From: the human T2T-CHM13v2.0 reference genome, Homo sapiens | Assembly (NCBI RefSeq): GCF_009914755.1 | Contig: NC_060927.1 | Length of the DNA stretch: 64,000 bases | Reading direction: 5' to 3' (one strand) | Part shown: positions 12,901 through 33,134 of the stretch, piece after piece | How positions within the stretch are numbered: the stretch's first letter is position 1 | Layout of the letters: each line of letters starts with the position of its first letter | Program-made: the position numbers and the translations under genes | Notes under the pieces: generated by a model | Told to the model about the DNA's origin: nothing | Database searches by the model: none | What the model saw: the letters and a program-made list of their open reading frames with translations, nothing else

Positions 12901-14545
12901 TGAGGGGGCTTGTCTACTATTTGGTTGGGAGGTAACCGAGGGGACTCCTGTGTGATGAGGTTGGTTTACCACTGTGGTGTGGGGCATGTGTAGGGAAGTT
13001 AGGGACCACCATATGGGGAAGCTGGTCTACCACTGAGAGGGCCACATGGAGGAGAACTGAGGGGAAACCCATGTGAGGAGGCTGGTCTACCGTTGCAGGG
13101 GCCACATGGAGGGAAGTCAGGGGACCCCCATTTGAAGAGACCCATCTTTTATTGAGGGGGCCACATGGAGGGAAGTCAGGGGACCGCCATTTGAAGAGAC
13201 CCATCTTTTATTGAGGGGGCCACATGGAGGGGAAGAGAGGGGACCCATGTGTGAGGAGACTGGTCTATCACTGGGGGGGCACATGGAGAAAACCGAGGGG
13301 ACCCCTATATGAGGAGTCTGGTCTACCATTAAGTGTCCACATGGACGGGAACTAATGGGACCCTTGTGTGAGGAGGCTAGTCTACCATTAGTGGTGGCAT
13401 GTAAAGGGAACTTGGACCCCCATGTGAGGCAGCTGGTCTACCATTCATGGGGGGCTGCGGAGGGAACTGTGTGGAGGCTGGTCCACCTTTGAGCGGGCCA
13501 TGTGTAGGAATCTGTGGAGACCCCAATGTGAGGAGGCTAGTCTACCATTGGGGTTGGGGGACAAAAAGGGAACTGAGGGTACCAGTGTGAGGAGGCTGGT
13601 CTGCCATTGATGGGGCTATGTGGAGGGAACTGATGGGCACCCTGTTTGAGGAGGCTGGTCTATCATTTGGGTGGGGAAACATTTAGGGAACTGAGGGGGT
13701 CCCAATCTGAGGAGACTGGTCTACTATTGAGGGGCCCAAGGTGGAGGGAACTGAAGGGACCTCCGTGTGAGAAGGCTTGTCTACTGGTGGAGGCACATGG
13801 AAGAAAGTGAGGGGACCCTTGTGTGAGTAGGCTGGTTTACCATTGAGTGGTCATGTGGAGGCAACTGAGGTGACCCTTGTGTGTGGAGGCTGTTTTTCCA
13901 CTGGGGTGGGCACATGGAGAGAACTGAGGTGGTGGGGGCCAGTGAGTCATCTGGTCTGCCTTTGGGGTGGAGGCTTGGGAAGGAAACTGAAGGGATTCTT
14001 GTGTGAGGAGGCTGGTCTACCATTGATGGGACCACGTGGAGGGAACTGAGTGGGTCCCTATGTGAGAAGGCTGGTCCACCACTGGAGGTGGAGGGGCACG
14101 TGTAGGAATCTGTGGGGACCCTAATGTGAGGAGGCTAGTCTACCACTGGGGTTGGGACACACAAAGGGAACTGAGGGTACTCCTGTGTGAAGAGGCTGGT
14201 CTACCATTGACAGGGTTACATGGAGGGAACTGAGGGGACCCCTGCCTTGTGAGGAGGCTCATCTGCCACTGGGAGGCCACGTGGAGGGAACTGAGGAGAC
14301 CTCTACATTGGGGGGCCATGTGGTGGGAACTGAGGGGACCACCATGTGAGGGGGCTGGTCTACCATTGGGGGGACACTTGGAGGGAACTGTGGGGACTCC
14401 CATGTGAGGGGGCTGGTCTACTATTGGGTTTGGGGACCATGTGAGGAGGTTGGTTTCCCATTGTGGGGGTCACGTGGAAGGAACTGAGGGGGCCCCTGTG
14501 TGAGGATCCTGGTTGGCCTTTGGGGTGGGGGCCATGGGAGAGGAA
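921..14545 (+). repeat. ~13.6 kb G-rich tandem array (satellite/macrosatellite), ~60-61 bp monomer, ~225 copies
   Basis: Continuous recurrence of TGTGAGGAGGCTGGTCTACCATTG and TGGAGGGAACTGAGG about every 60 bp. An exact 61 bp period is visible at 10337-10540. Copy number is estimated as length divided by period. Confidence 0.97.
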
Positions 14546-14746
14546 CTGTCACTCCAGAAGACAGCTAACACCCATTGTGTCTTGAAATTTTCAGCCCAGC
14601 TGAATGGAGCTTCATGGGTGAGTCCAGGCAAGACCAGCCAGAAACCTACCTGTATTTGCTGACTAACAGAATAGAAAGTAATGGTAAATCAGTGTTTTAG
14701 GTTGCCCCATTTGGGGGCGGTTTGTTGCTCAATAGGTCACTGCTCA
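14530..14746 (+). mobile_element. MLT1 (MaLR, MLT1G/H-like) LTR, 3' portion
   Basis: ccagaagacagctaacaccca...ttcagcccagctgaatggagcttcatgggtgagtccaggcaagaccagccagaaacc...ttgctgactaacagaat...gtgttttag...ttgggggcggtttgttgctcaataggtcactgctca matches the MLT1 LTR 3' half and its terminus (-CA). Confidence 0.8.
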
Positions 14747-15094
14747 TGGTCCATGTTCCTAGTTGGAAAACTAAGAGCTCCTGAGGCAGGCCCGGCTTTG
14801 CAAGAGAACCCAGGTTCCCACAGCAGGCTGGCCTATCAGTGACATCCCTTTCAAAGGGAGGACCAGGGATCCGGTGACTGGGATCTGATTATTCATGAAC
14901 TCATTCATTTGGATCTATTTTCTGCCCAACTCAGGGCTGCAGGCTGAGAATCCAGAGATGGTCACAGCCTCTATCCTTGTATGTACTCCCCAATTCATAA
15001 GCGAGACAGACAGGAAAACCACCAATGACAGTGTGAGGTGGGCTGTGAGGGTGATAGTGAGGATGATTACTATCACGATAGTTAATAGAGTGTA

Positions 15095-15250
15095 ATAATA
15101 ACAAGTTATGTGCTCACCATGCCCCAGGCACGCTTCTAAGTACTTCACATGTACCAGCTTATATAATTCTCACAGCAGCCCTAGGAAGAAGATCTTGTTA
15201 TGTTCATTTCCATTTCACAGATGAGGAAACAGAGGGACAGAGAGGTTAGG
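15095..15250 (-). mobile_element. MIR SINE
   Basis: tgctcaccatgccccaggcac...cccatttcacagatgaggaaacagaggg is the reverse complement of the MIR core. Confidence 0.8.
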
Positions 15251-15934
15251 CGACTCTCCTTAGGAAGTGGTGGATCTCAGAGCAGCGAGGGAGCCCAGCC
15301 CAGAGAAAGGCCCAGAGAAGGGAGCGATTATCTGCCAGGAGGAAAGAGGAAGGCTTTTTTTTGGGAGGGGTCATTTGATCTGGCCTTTGAAGGATGCTTA
15401 GGAGTCCACCAACCAGAGAGGCAATGGAAATATGTGCAGGCCTGAGGCAAGAAGAAACCAGAGTGAGCCCAGCCAGAGACATAACACTGGGTCTGCCTTA
15501 TCCTTGGGTATGGGAGCCAGGCAAAAGATGGAATGACAGCCTAAGAGACAGAAGCGGGGAACTGCAGGACCTGGGAGGGCAGTGAGTGGCCTGAGAAACC
15601 ATCTCTGCAATTTAACCCTGGTGAAAATGGGAAGTGACAATGAGGCTGCTCAGCCCCAGAGTCCTCCCCTGACCCTCTCAGGATCCTGATCCTCTGTGAG
15701 GGGCAGCCCTGCCCTGGGAGAGACACAGGGATAGGCTGGGGTGACAAGGGCCTGTGCAGATGAGCAGCATGGGGGGATGTGGCTTTGGCGACCACGTTCT
15801 CTTCTGTATTCACTCTTCGTTTGGCCAATGGTTTGACTCAGGGCATAAATAGTTTTTGCTCCAAGCTAGGGCATTTTGGGAATGAACAGGGGCATGATTA
15901 ACAGCTACCCCAGGATGACAGGTGCAAATCCAGA

Positions 15935-16215
15935 CATTTGGTCACACAGATTACATGGCACCTCTCATGAGCTTGACAATTATTAATCCATTTAATCCTC
16001 CTGAAAACCTCAAAAAGAAGGTTGTTATTATCCCCACTTTGCAGATGATGAAACTGAGGCACAGAGAAAAGAAATGCATGCATATTAGCACCTACTCTGG
16101 ATTGGGCACTGAGCTAGGCCATTTTACATAAATCTTGTTTAACCCTGACAATAGATATGCAAAAGACATGCTGGGAACCCTGTTTACTGATGACAAAACA
16201 GGCTCTGAGACCCAA
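15935..16215 (-). mobile_element. MIR SINE fragments (two)
   Basis: tttaatcctc...attatccccactttgcagatgatgaaactgaggcacagaga, plus a second core tttactgatgacaaaacaggctctgaga. Confidence 0.7.
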
Positions 16216-16571
16216 TCTGTCCAACTGATCCTCAACCTTAGCCTCTTCCGCTGCCCGACTGGGTCTCTTAAGAACATCTGTCCGATCTGAATCTCTGGCC
16301 TGCCTGTGTGTGTGTGTTTTTTAAATTTATTTTCAGTCCCCTCGCCCTCCTTGGATTGCAGCAAGGAAAGAGGTGTGTCTTCCGCAGAAAAATGTGCATG
16401 TTCTTTTAGGTGAGATGGGAACAATGCGGGGAGGGGGCCTGGCTATGAGGGCAGGGGCTGTGGGTGGGGTGGGGGAGTGGACTGTTGGCAGCAGAACCTG
16501 CTAGGTAGGCTCACTAGACTCAGACACGCACGCTCTCTCTCTCTCTCTCAAGAAAACAGGTGCACAAATTA

Positions 16572-16649
16572 TTAGGTTGGTACAAAGTAATTGTGGTTTT
16601 TGCTATTAAAGTAATGGCAAAAACTGCAATTATTTTTGCACCAACCAAA
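16572..16649. mobile_element. MADE1 (Hsmar1-derived mariner MITE)
   Basis: ~80 bp palindrome ttaggttggtacaaagtaattgtggtttttgc...gcaaaaactgcaattatttttgcaccaaccaaa, flanked by TA at 16570-71 and 16650-51. Confidence 0.93.
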
Positions 16650-16849
16650 TACATCCATGTGGATGGGGCAGCCTTTTCCAAGGGATTCCACCATGCAGGG
16701 CTGGATCTGGCCTCCTGGCTGTGTGACTTTGTGCATTGTCCTTCCCTCTCTGGGCTGTGGTGCCCCAGCTGGAACTCCAAGGGCTGAGACTCAAGGGCCT
16801 TGTAGAGCCTTGGCTCTGTACCCAGCTCTGTGGTGGATTCAGGGTTAGG

Positions 16850-17040
16850 GGGCCTGGGTTCAAATCCAGACCCTGCCTTTTCAGATGTGTGGCCTCCGAG
16901 CAAGGTATTTAGCCTGCCTCTATGTGCTCACCTGGAAAATGGGGTGATGAAGAAGATGATGATGATAATGGGAACTCCCTCTTGGAGCTGCTGTGCAGAT
17001 GAAGTGAGTGAATATAAGATGGATGCTTAGAGCAGTGCAC
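16850..17040 (+). mobile_element. MIR SINE
   Basis: cctgggttcaaatccagac...tgtgtggcctccgagcaag...cctggaaaatgggg...gcttagagcagtgc. Confidence 0.7.
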
Positions 17041-18389
17041 GGAAGAGCTGTGCTGTTTGTTATTATCTTCTAGGGGAAACACAAGAAAACCAACTTAGGG
17101 AGGAGGCAGCCTGTCCTGGAAGGGGAGGTCCCCACAAAGAACACTGACTCCAGCCAGCTCCTATCTTCAGGCCAAAGTCCCAGCCCAGGGTTTGCTGTGA
17201 GGTGGGGGCCTCTAGAGTCTGAAGGGCATGTCTGGTGTGGGCAGGCCCAACCTGACCAGGCACCAGAAACAGACAGGACATTGTGCACTGATAGGAGTCC
17301 TACAGGCTGAGGGAGCTGTGCCCGGGCACCCGCTGGGAACCAGGCGGCAGTGGAGGGTGGGGAGTGGGCCTTGTGCCCGGGAATGCGGCCCCACCACCAC
17401 AGCCAGAGATGGAGGGGACTACAGCCCCCAGCCAGCCCGGCGTCTCCCCAGTCTCAGTCAGTTGGGTGCCACCTTTGAGATTTTTGCCTTATGAGTGAGC
17501 ATTACTATAATTTATTTCATGGTTGTCTTAATTTTTAATTTATTTTTACATTTAATTTTTGTTTGGATCTGAGCTGTGCTCACATGGTTCAGAAATCAAA
17601 AGTTTAGTAAGTGCTTTCAGGGGAGTCTGCCTCCCATCCTGTCTCCCACCCCGGCCCCTCCCCCAAAGCCATGATTATTATTTTACATCAACGAATATGA
17701 ACTATATGTATTTGATATATTTTTCCAATTCAAAGACAATTTTTAGTATGCAATGCACACTGCCCTACAACACGCTTTTCTCACTTAGTATTTTTAACTT
17801 CTCTACTTAAGTGAGTGTAAATGAAAAAATACACCACCACCTTCTGTAAACAGAAGGTAGCTATGACAATAGCACATGGTGATGGAGCAAGACCATTACG
17901 TTCCAGTGGGGTCCTGTTGTCTGGGGAGCCCCTGAGCTCAAGGTCTGACCTCTACTCCCTAGTTCCAGAGGGACTAGCAACTGTTGATGGCACACTGAGG
18001 ACACCCAACACCAAGCTGACACTTTGGCCGGGAAGTAATCAAAAGGACTAAAAAGATTTGGACAGGAAATGCCTCTCCTCATCCTGGTCCTGGTGTATAG
18101 CAGCATTGCCATTCCAACAGTGGTGTAAGTCCACACTTTGGGAAACCCTCATCTAGTCCAACAACCCTGGCACTTTAAAGACGGGTAAACTGAGGCTCAG
18201 AAAGGGTGGAGGACTTAAAATGATGCAGCTAGTTGGTGCAGAGCCTGGGCAACACCTCAGGTTCCCAGGACCCTATCTACAGCCCCTGGACTAGGCAAAT
18301 GGGCTTTGTTTGGAAACAAATGTGCCCAATCCCTGCTCCTCCTCAGCCCCCTCCCCAACCCCAAATTTTCATTTAGTGAACCTCTACAA

Positions 18390-23095
<4,706 letters not shown>

Positions 23096-23571
23096 CAAAG
23101 ATATTGCCTCATAATAGTTTTTAGAAGCTACATTACTTCACCTTTCATATTTAGGTCTACGATTCTCCTGAATTTATATTTTTGTATATGATGTGAGGTA
23201 GGGGTCAGGTTTCCTTTTTCTCCTGTATTGAAGAGACCATCCCTTCCCCATTGCCCAGAAGAGTCTCCTTTGTCATAACTCAAATGTTCAAATATGGCTG
23301 GGACTGTTTCTAAACTTTGTATGCTGCTGTACTGATCTATTTATCTATTCTTGTGCCAAGAGCACATTGTGTTAATTATAAAAACTTTGTGATCAATCTT
23401 TATATTGAACTTGGCTATTCTTAGCCTCTTATATATTCGTACAAAATTTAGAATTATTTTATCAATTTTCACAAAATAACCTGTTGTATTTTTTATTGGA
23501 ATTGCATTGATTGATTCTTTAGATTACTTAGGTGTAAACTCTTGAACATGCTTTTATCTCCTTTTATTTAG

Positions 23572-23712
23572 GTCAAGAGTTGGCAAACCATGACTAGTGG
23601 GTCAAATCTTGCTGATAGCCTGTTTTTGTATGACCCTGGAGCTAAGCATCATTTTCATTTTTAAAGAGACTTTTTTATATGAAAAGAATAACATGTGAAA
23701 GAGACCATATCA
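23572..23712 (+). mobile_element. MER58-like hAT MITE fragment
   Basis: caagagttggcaaaccatgactagtgggtcaaatc...gcctgtttttgtatg...gagctaag. Confidence 0.65.
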
Positions 23713-26361
23713 CTGAATTTTAATTACTATTATTTTAAGATTTTTGCTTATTTGTTCATAAATAAGATTGGGCTGTAGTTTTCTTTCTTATGATTCCCTT
23801 GTTGAGTCTAGGGTTTGGACATCAACATTATACTGCTCTCATAAAACTAATGGGGGAGTTTATCTCTTTTTCTATTTTCTGGAAAATTTGCAGAAAATTA
23901 TTTTGTTTCTCCATGGTTTTTGTAGAATTTGCCAGTATATTTATTTTCTGCATGAAAAATATTTAAATACAGATGAAAATTTGAAAATGGTTAAATGACA
24001 TTTCTATTTCTTCTTGTCACCATTTGATACATTGCCTTTTAAAGAAAAATTTGTCCATTTTACCTAATTTTCAAATTTACAGGTATAAAATTGTTTGTAA
24101 CATCATTTTTTAAGTGTCTATAGGATCTATAGAAATATCTCCTTTTTAATTCCTATTATTAATAATTTGTGTATTTACTCTCTCATTTTCTTGATCAGTT
24201 TTGTAAGGAGTTTATTGACCTTATTGCTTTTTTCAAAAAGATAAACTTTTGGCATTATTGATCATCTTTGCTATGTTTTCTGTTTTATTAATTTCTGGTA
24301 TTTATTATTTTCCTTCTCTTACTTTCTTTGGGTTTATTTTGTTATCCTTTTCTAACTTCTTGTGATGGGTCACTGATTTCTCAGCCTTTCTTCTTTTCAA
24401 ATACTAGAAGTATTAAATTAGCCATTAATCATTGCATTAGCTTTAGCCAAAAGTTTTGATATGTAGCATTTTCATTACCTTTCACTTAAATATATTTTCG
24501 AATTTTATTGTGATTCCTTCTTTGATCTATTGGTTATTTTCAAGTGTATTTTTTAATTTCAAAAAAAGTGATAATTTACAATACAATTAAGGTAGAAATA
24601 TATTACCCCCTGCCTCCCTCCCAAATTATTGATTTCTACCTTAATTGTATTTTGGTGACAGAATGTATTCTAGGTGATTTCAAATCTTTGACCTGTGTTA
24701 AAAGTTGCTCTGCAGCTTAAGATATGATCAATTTTTTTATCAATGCTCCATCTGTGTTTGAAAAAAACAAACATTTTGTACTTGTAGATGCAATGTTGTA
24801 TGTGTTAGGTAAATCTGTTTCTTGTAGAAAGCATATAGCTGTATGCATATAGGATCATATTAGTATCTACCCTGCCAATCTGTAATTTACATTTAATATA
24901 ATGACATTTAAATTTAATGTAATTAATTTTTGCCTGGTAAGGGCTATGTCTGCCATTTGCTTTTCGTTTTTTCCCTCTGTTTCTATTTCTCCATTTTTTC
25001 CCTCATTTCCTGTGGTTACTTAGACAATTATTAGAATCACATTTTGATTTATCTACAGTGTATTTGTGTGTATCTCTTTGTATAGATTTTTTGTGGTTAC
25101 TATAGATATTATATGGTACATACATAACTTATCAGAGCCTACTAAGTATTGACATTTTACCAACTTGAGTAAAGTGCAGAAACCTATCTCTCTTCACATT
25201 CCTTTGCCCTCTCTCATTTATAATTTGTCTTAAATATTTGCTCTGCATACATTGAGAACTACATCAGATAATTTTAAAAGTTTTGTGACTCCAACAAAAT
25301 TTTGAAAACTCAAGAGGAGAAAGAACATCTACTGTATTTACCCATACTTTCATTCTTTCTTTTCCTTCTTGATGTTCCAAAATTCCTTTTTTTAAATTAC
25401 TTATTTTCTCTTTCAAGAACTTCCTTTAGCCATTATTTTAGGTTAGGTCTGCTGGTGACAATCTCTTAGTTTTACTTCATCTAAGAATATCTTGATTTTC
25501 TCTTCGTTTCTGAAGAATAATTTTGTTTGGTATAGGATTCTGAGTTAAGTGTTCTGTTCTTTCAGCACTTTGAAAAATGTCATGCCAATTTCTTCTGGTC
25601 TCTATGGTTTCTGATGAGAAATCTACTGTCATCTGAATGGTTTTCTCACATAGGAAAGTGTCATATTTCTCTCACAGCTTTCAAGATTTTTTCTTTGTCT
25701 TTTGTTTTCAGGAGTTTAATTGTGGTATGTCTTGGTGTGGATATCTTTGAGTGTATCTTATCTGGCATCAGCTCAGCTCTTGAGTATTTTCAGTCATTAT
25801 TTCTTTGGATACTTTTTCATCCTCACACTTTTTCCTCTCCTCTGGGGACTTTGATGACATGTTAGTTTTTTTTTTTTTTTTTTTTTTGATAGTCCCATAG
25901 GTTGCAGAGGCTCTGCTGTTTTTTTTTTTTCTGTTTATTTTCTTTCTTTATGCAGATAAGGCAATGTCTATTGCTCTATCTTCAAGTTCATGGATTCTTT
26001 CCTTTACTCCCTCCATTCTGCTGTTGAACCTATCCATTGAGTTTTTAATTCAGTTATGTATTTTCCAGTTATAAGATTTCCATTTTGTCCTTCTATATGT
26101 CTTCTATTTCTTTGTTGAAATTTTCTATTTTTTCACTTGTTTCAAGTATGCTTATAATTGCTAGTGGAAGAATTTTTATGATGGCTGCTTTAAAATCCTT
26201 GTCAGATCATTCTAATTTCTGTGTCATCTTAGTGTTGGCATTTGTTAATGTCTTTTCTCATTCTAGTTGAGTTTTTCTTGGTTCTTGGTGTGATTGTATC
26301 CTGAACATTTTGTGTGATACATTAAGAAGCTCTGAATCTTCAATTAGGAGTGGAGGTCTAG

Positions 26362-26859
<498 letters not shown>

Positions 26860-29244
26860 TAGGCAATGGTGAAAATCTTGTTTTCCACTTGGCCTTCTCT
26901 GACAACACCCAGAGGGGAGAAGGAGGGACAACTTATTATTACTGGGTGGGGACAAATGTCCTGGCTCCCTACTCAACTTTTGCTGATAAGAGTGGGGCTG
27001 AGTACACAGGTTTTTTTGTTTTTTGTTTTGCCATGTAGGAATAGGGCTGTTTGGAGGGCAGTTATTTTCTTAAAATTTTCTGTCTGGCTAGGTTGCTTCT
27101 TTCCTGGTCCTTTGGCTACAGAAATCAGGCTTTAAGTAGGACTTTAAAATTTCTATAACCATTGGTGTTTCTGGTTTTTCTAGCACACAGTCCGAGATCT
27201 AGGAGGCAAAAGGACACTTCAGGGAGCACACTGTTAATGTTGCTTCTTGGGTCTCAAGGTCTTTAGCTGTCTGCTCTCTTCTCTCCACTTTCTGGCGTCT
27301 TACCATTGTTTTACATATGAAATGAGGTTTTTAAGCTGTAGTTAAGAGAAGAATAGGCCAAATTGCAACTACTCCATCTTGTCCTGTGTGAAGATTTTCA
27401 TTCTTAATTCAATTTCTTTATTATAGTTGTATTCAGATTTTCTATTTTTTCTTTAATCAATTTTGTTTATTTGTGTCTGTTGGAAATTTGCCTATTTCCT
27501 CTAAGTTGTCTAATTTGTTGGTATAAAGTTGCTTATAACATTTTCTTATAATCCATTTCAGGGTAAGTAGGGATGTCTCCTCTTTAATTCCTGATTTTGG
27601 TGATTTGTGCCTTCTGTCTTTTTTTCCGGGTCAGTCTAGCTGAAGGTTCATCAATTTAATTAATCTTTTCAAAGAACCAAATTTTGGTTTTATTGATTTA
27701 CTCTACTGTTTATTTCTTATTGATTTCTGTTCTAACCTTTGTTACTTGCTTTCTTCTGTTTTCTTTGCATTTAGCATACTCTTCATTTTCTAGTTTCTTA
27801 AGATGGAAAGTTTAAATGTCCTGCTAAACACTAGTTTAGTGCATCCCATAAATTCTGATATTAAAAAAATTAGGTCAAAATATTTTCTAACTTTCTTCAT
27901 TATTTATTTTGCACTCATGGGTTATTTGGAAGTGTGTGAGTTTCCAAATAGTTGAGGATTTCCCAGGTTTCTTTCTGTTGTTGATTTCTAATTTAATTTC
28001 TTTGTGGTTAGGGAACATATTTTGTATGGCTTCAATTTTAAAAATGTATTGGGACTTGCTTGTGGCCTAACATATAGTTTATCCTGAAAAATGTCCCGTG
28101 TGCACTTGAGAGGAATGTATAGTCTGCTGTTGTTGGGTGGAGTGTTCTATAGATGTCTGTTAGATCCAGTTGGTTGTTCATGTCTGCTATTTCCTTGTTA
28201 ATCTCCTTCCTGAGTGTTCTATCCATGATTAAAAGTGGAGTTTTAAGTCCAACTATTGTTGAATTGCCCATTTCTCTCTTCATTTCCGTCAGTTAAGGTT
28301 TGTGTATTTTAGGGCTCTGTTGTTGGAAAAAATATGTTTACAGTTACATGTTCCTGATAGAATGATCCATCTATTATCATAAAAATGTCCTTCTTTGTCT
28401 CCAATTATTATTGTTGAATTGTCTATTTTTTCTTTCAATTTTATTAGTTTTTCCTTCATTTTGAGGCTCTTATTAGATGTCTATATGTTTATAATTTTAA
28501 AAGTGAGGCAGTTATATCTTTCTGATGTACTTAATTTTTTCATTCTAACATGTCCTTTTTGTCTCTAGCAATATTTTTTTAGCCTGAAGTCTATTTTGTC
28601 TGATATTAATGTAGCCACTGTGGCTTTGTATAGTTATTATTGTACAGTATGGATCTTTTTCCATCCCTTTGCTTTCAACTAATTTGTGTCTTTAACTCTA
28701 AACTTTGTCTCTTATCAACAGTTTATAGTTAGATCTCACTTTTTTAATGCAGTCTAACCATCTGTGCCTTTATATTTGGGTAGTTAAATCATTTGCTTAA
28801 TGTAACTATTAATATGGTTAGACTTAGATTGGCCATTTCACTATTGTTTTCTGTCTCCTGTCTTTTTTATTTCTCTGTTTTTCCTTGACTGCTTTCCTTC
28901 ATGTTAAGTGAATATTATTTAGTGTACCATTTTAATTTCACCGATTTTTTTCTATATTTTTGGTTATTTTCTTAATGATTGTTATAGAGATTTCAATATG
29001 CATCTTAACTTATCACAGTCTACTTCAAAAAATTTTTAAAATTATGCTTTAAGTTCTGGGGTACGTGTGCAGAACGTGCAGGTTTTTTACATAGGTATAC
29101 ACATGCCATGGTGGTTTGCTGTACCCATCAACCTGTCATCTACATTAGATATTTCTCCTAATGCTATCCTTCCCCTAGCCCCCCATCCCCTGACAGGCCC
29201 CAGTGTGTAATGTTCCCCTCCCTATGTCCATGTGTTCTCATTGT

Positions 29245-33070
<3,826 letters not shown>

Positions 33071-33134
33071 TTATGATGCTAGCTGGTTATTTTGCCTTTT
33101 AGTTGATGCAGTTTCTTCATAGTGTCAATGGTCT

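Noticed and set aside
785-14403. Many Pro/Ser/His-rich ORFs (MVDQPPHMGVPSVPS.../NGRPASSHGGPLSSLH...) that suggest a mucin-like repeat protein
   Set aside because: They are a by-product of the monomer. Frames shift constantly with indels and G/C-run length, no ORF exceeds ~175 aa, and there is no sign of frame preservation.
921-14545. CRISPR-like array (conserved core with variable intervals)
   Set aside because: The intervals are homologous diverged copies, not unique spacers. The context is primate and there are no cas genes.
921-14545. PRDM9 hotspot motif array on the minus strand (CCTCCATGTGCCC)
   Set aside because: The consensus mismatches CCNCCNTNNCCNC at a core position, and similarity is expected in C-rich DNA.
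921-14545. Tandem pri-miRNA cluster
   Set aside because: The per-monomer stem is only ~10 bp, far shorter than a Drosha substrate.
676-14753. 5 bp TSD of the MLT1 LTR
   Set aside because: The left flank gccaa has no convincing match after 14746. The element is too old to call a TSD.
16337-16409. Possible 73 nt exon (ttttcag|...tag|gtgaga)
   Set aside because: Splice-like signals alone are common by chance, and there is no partner exon or coding evidence.
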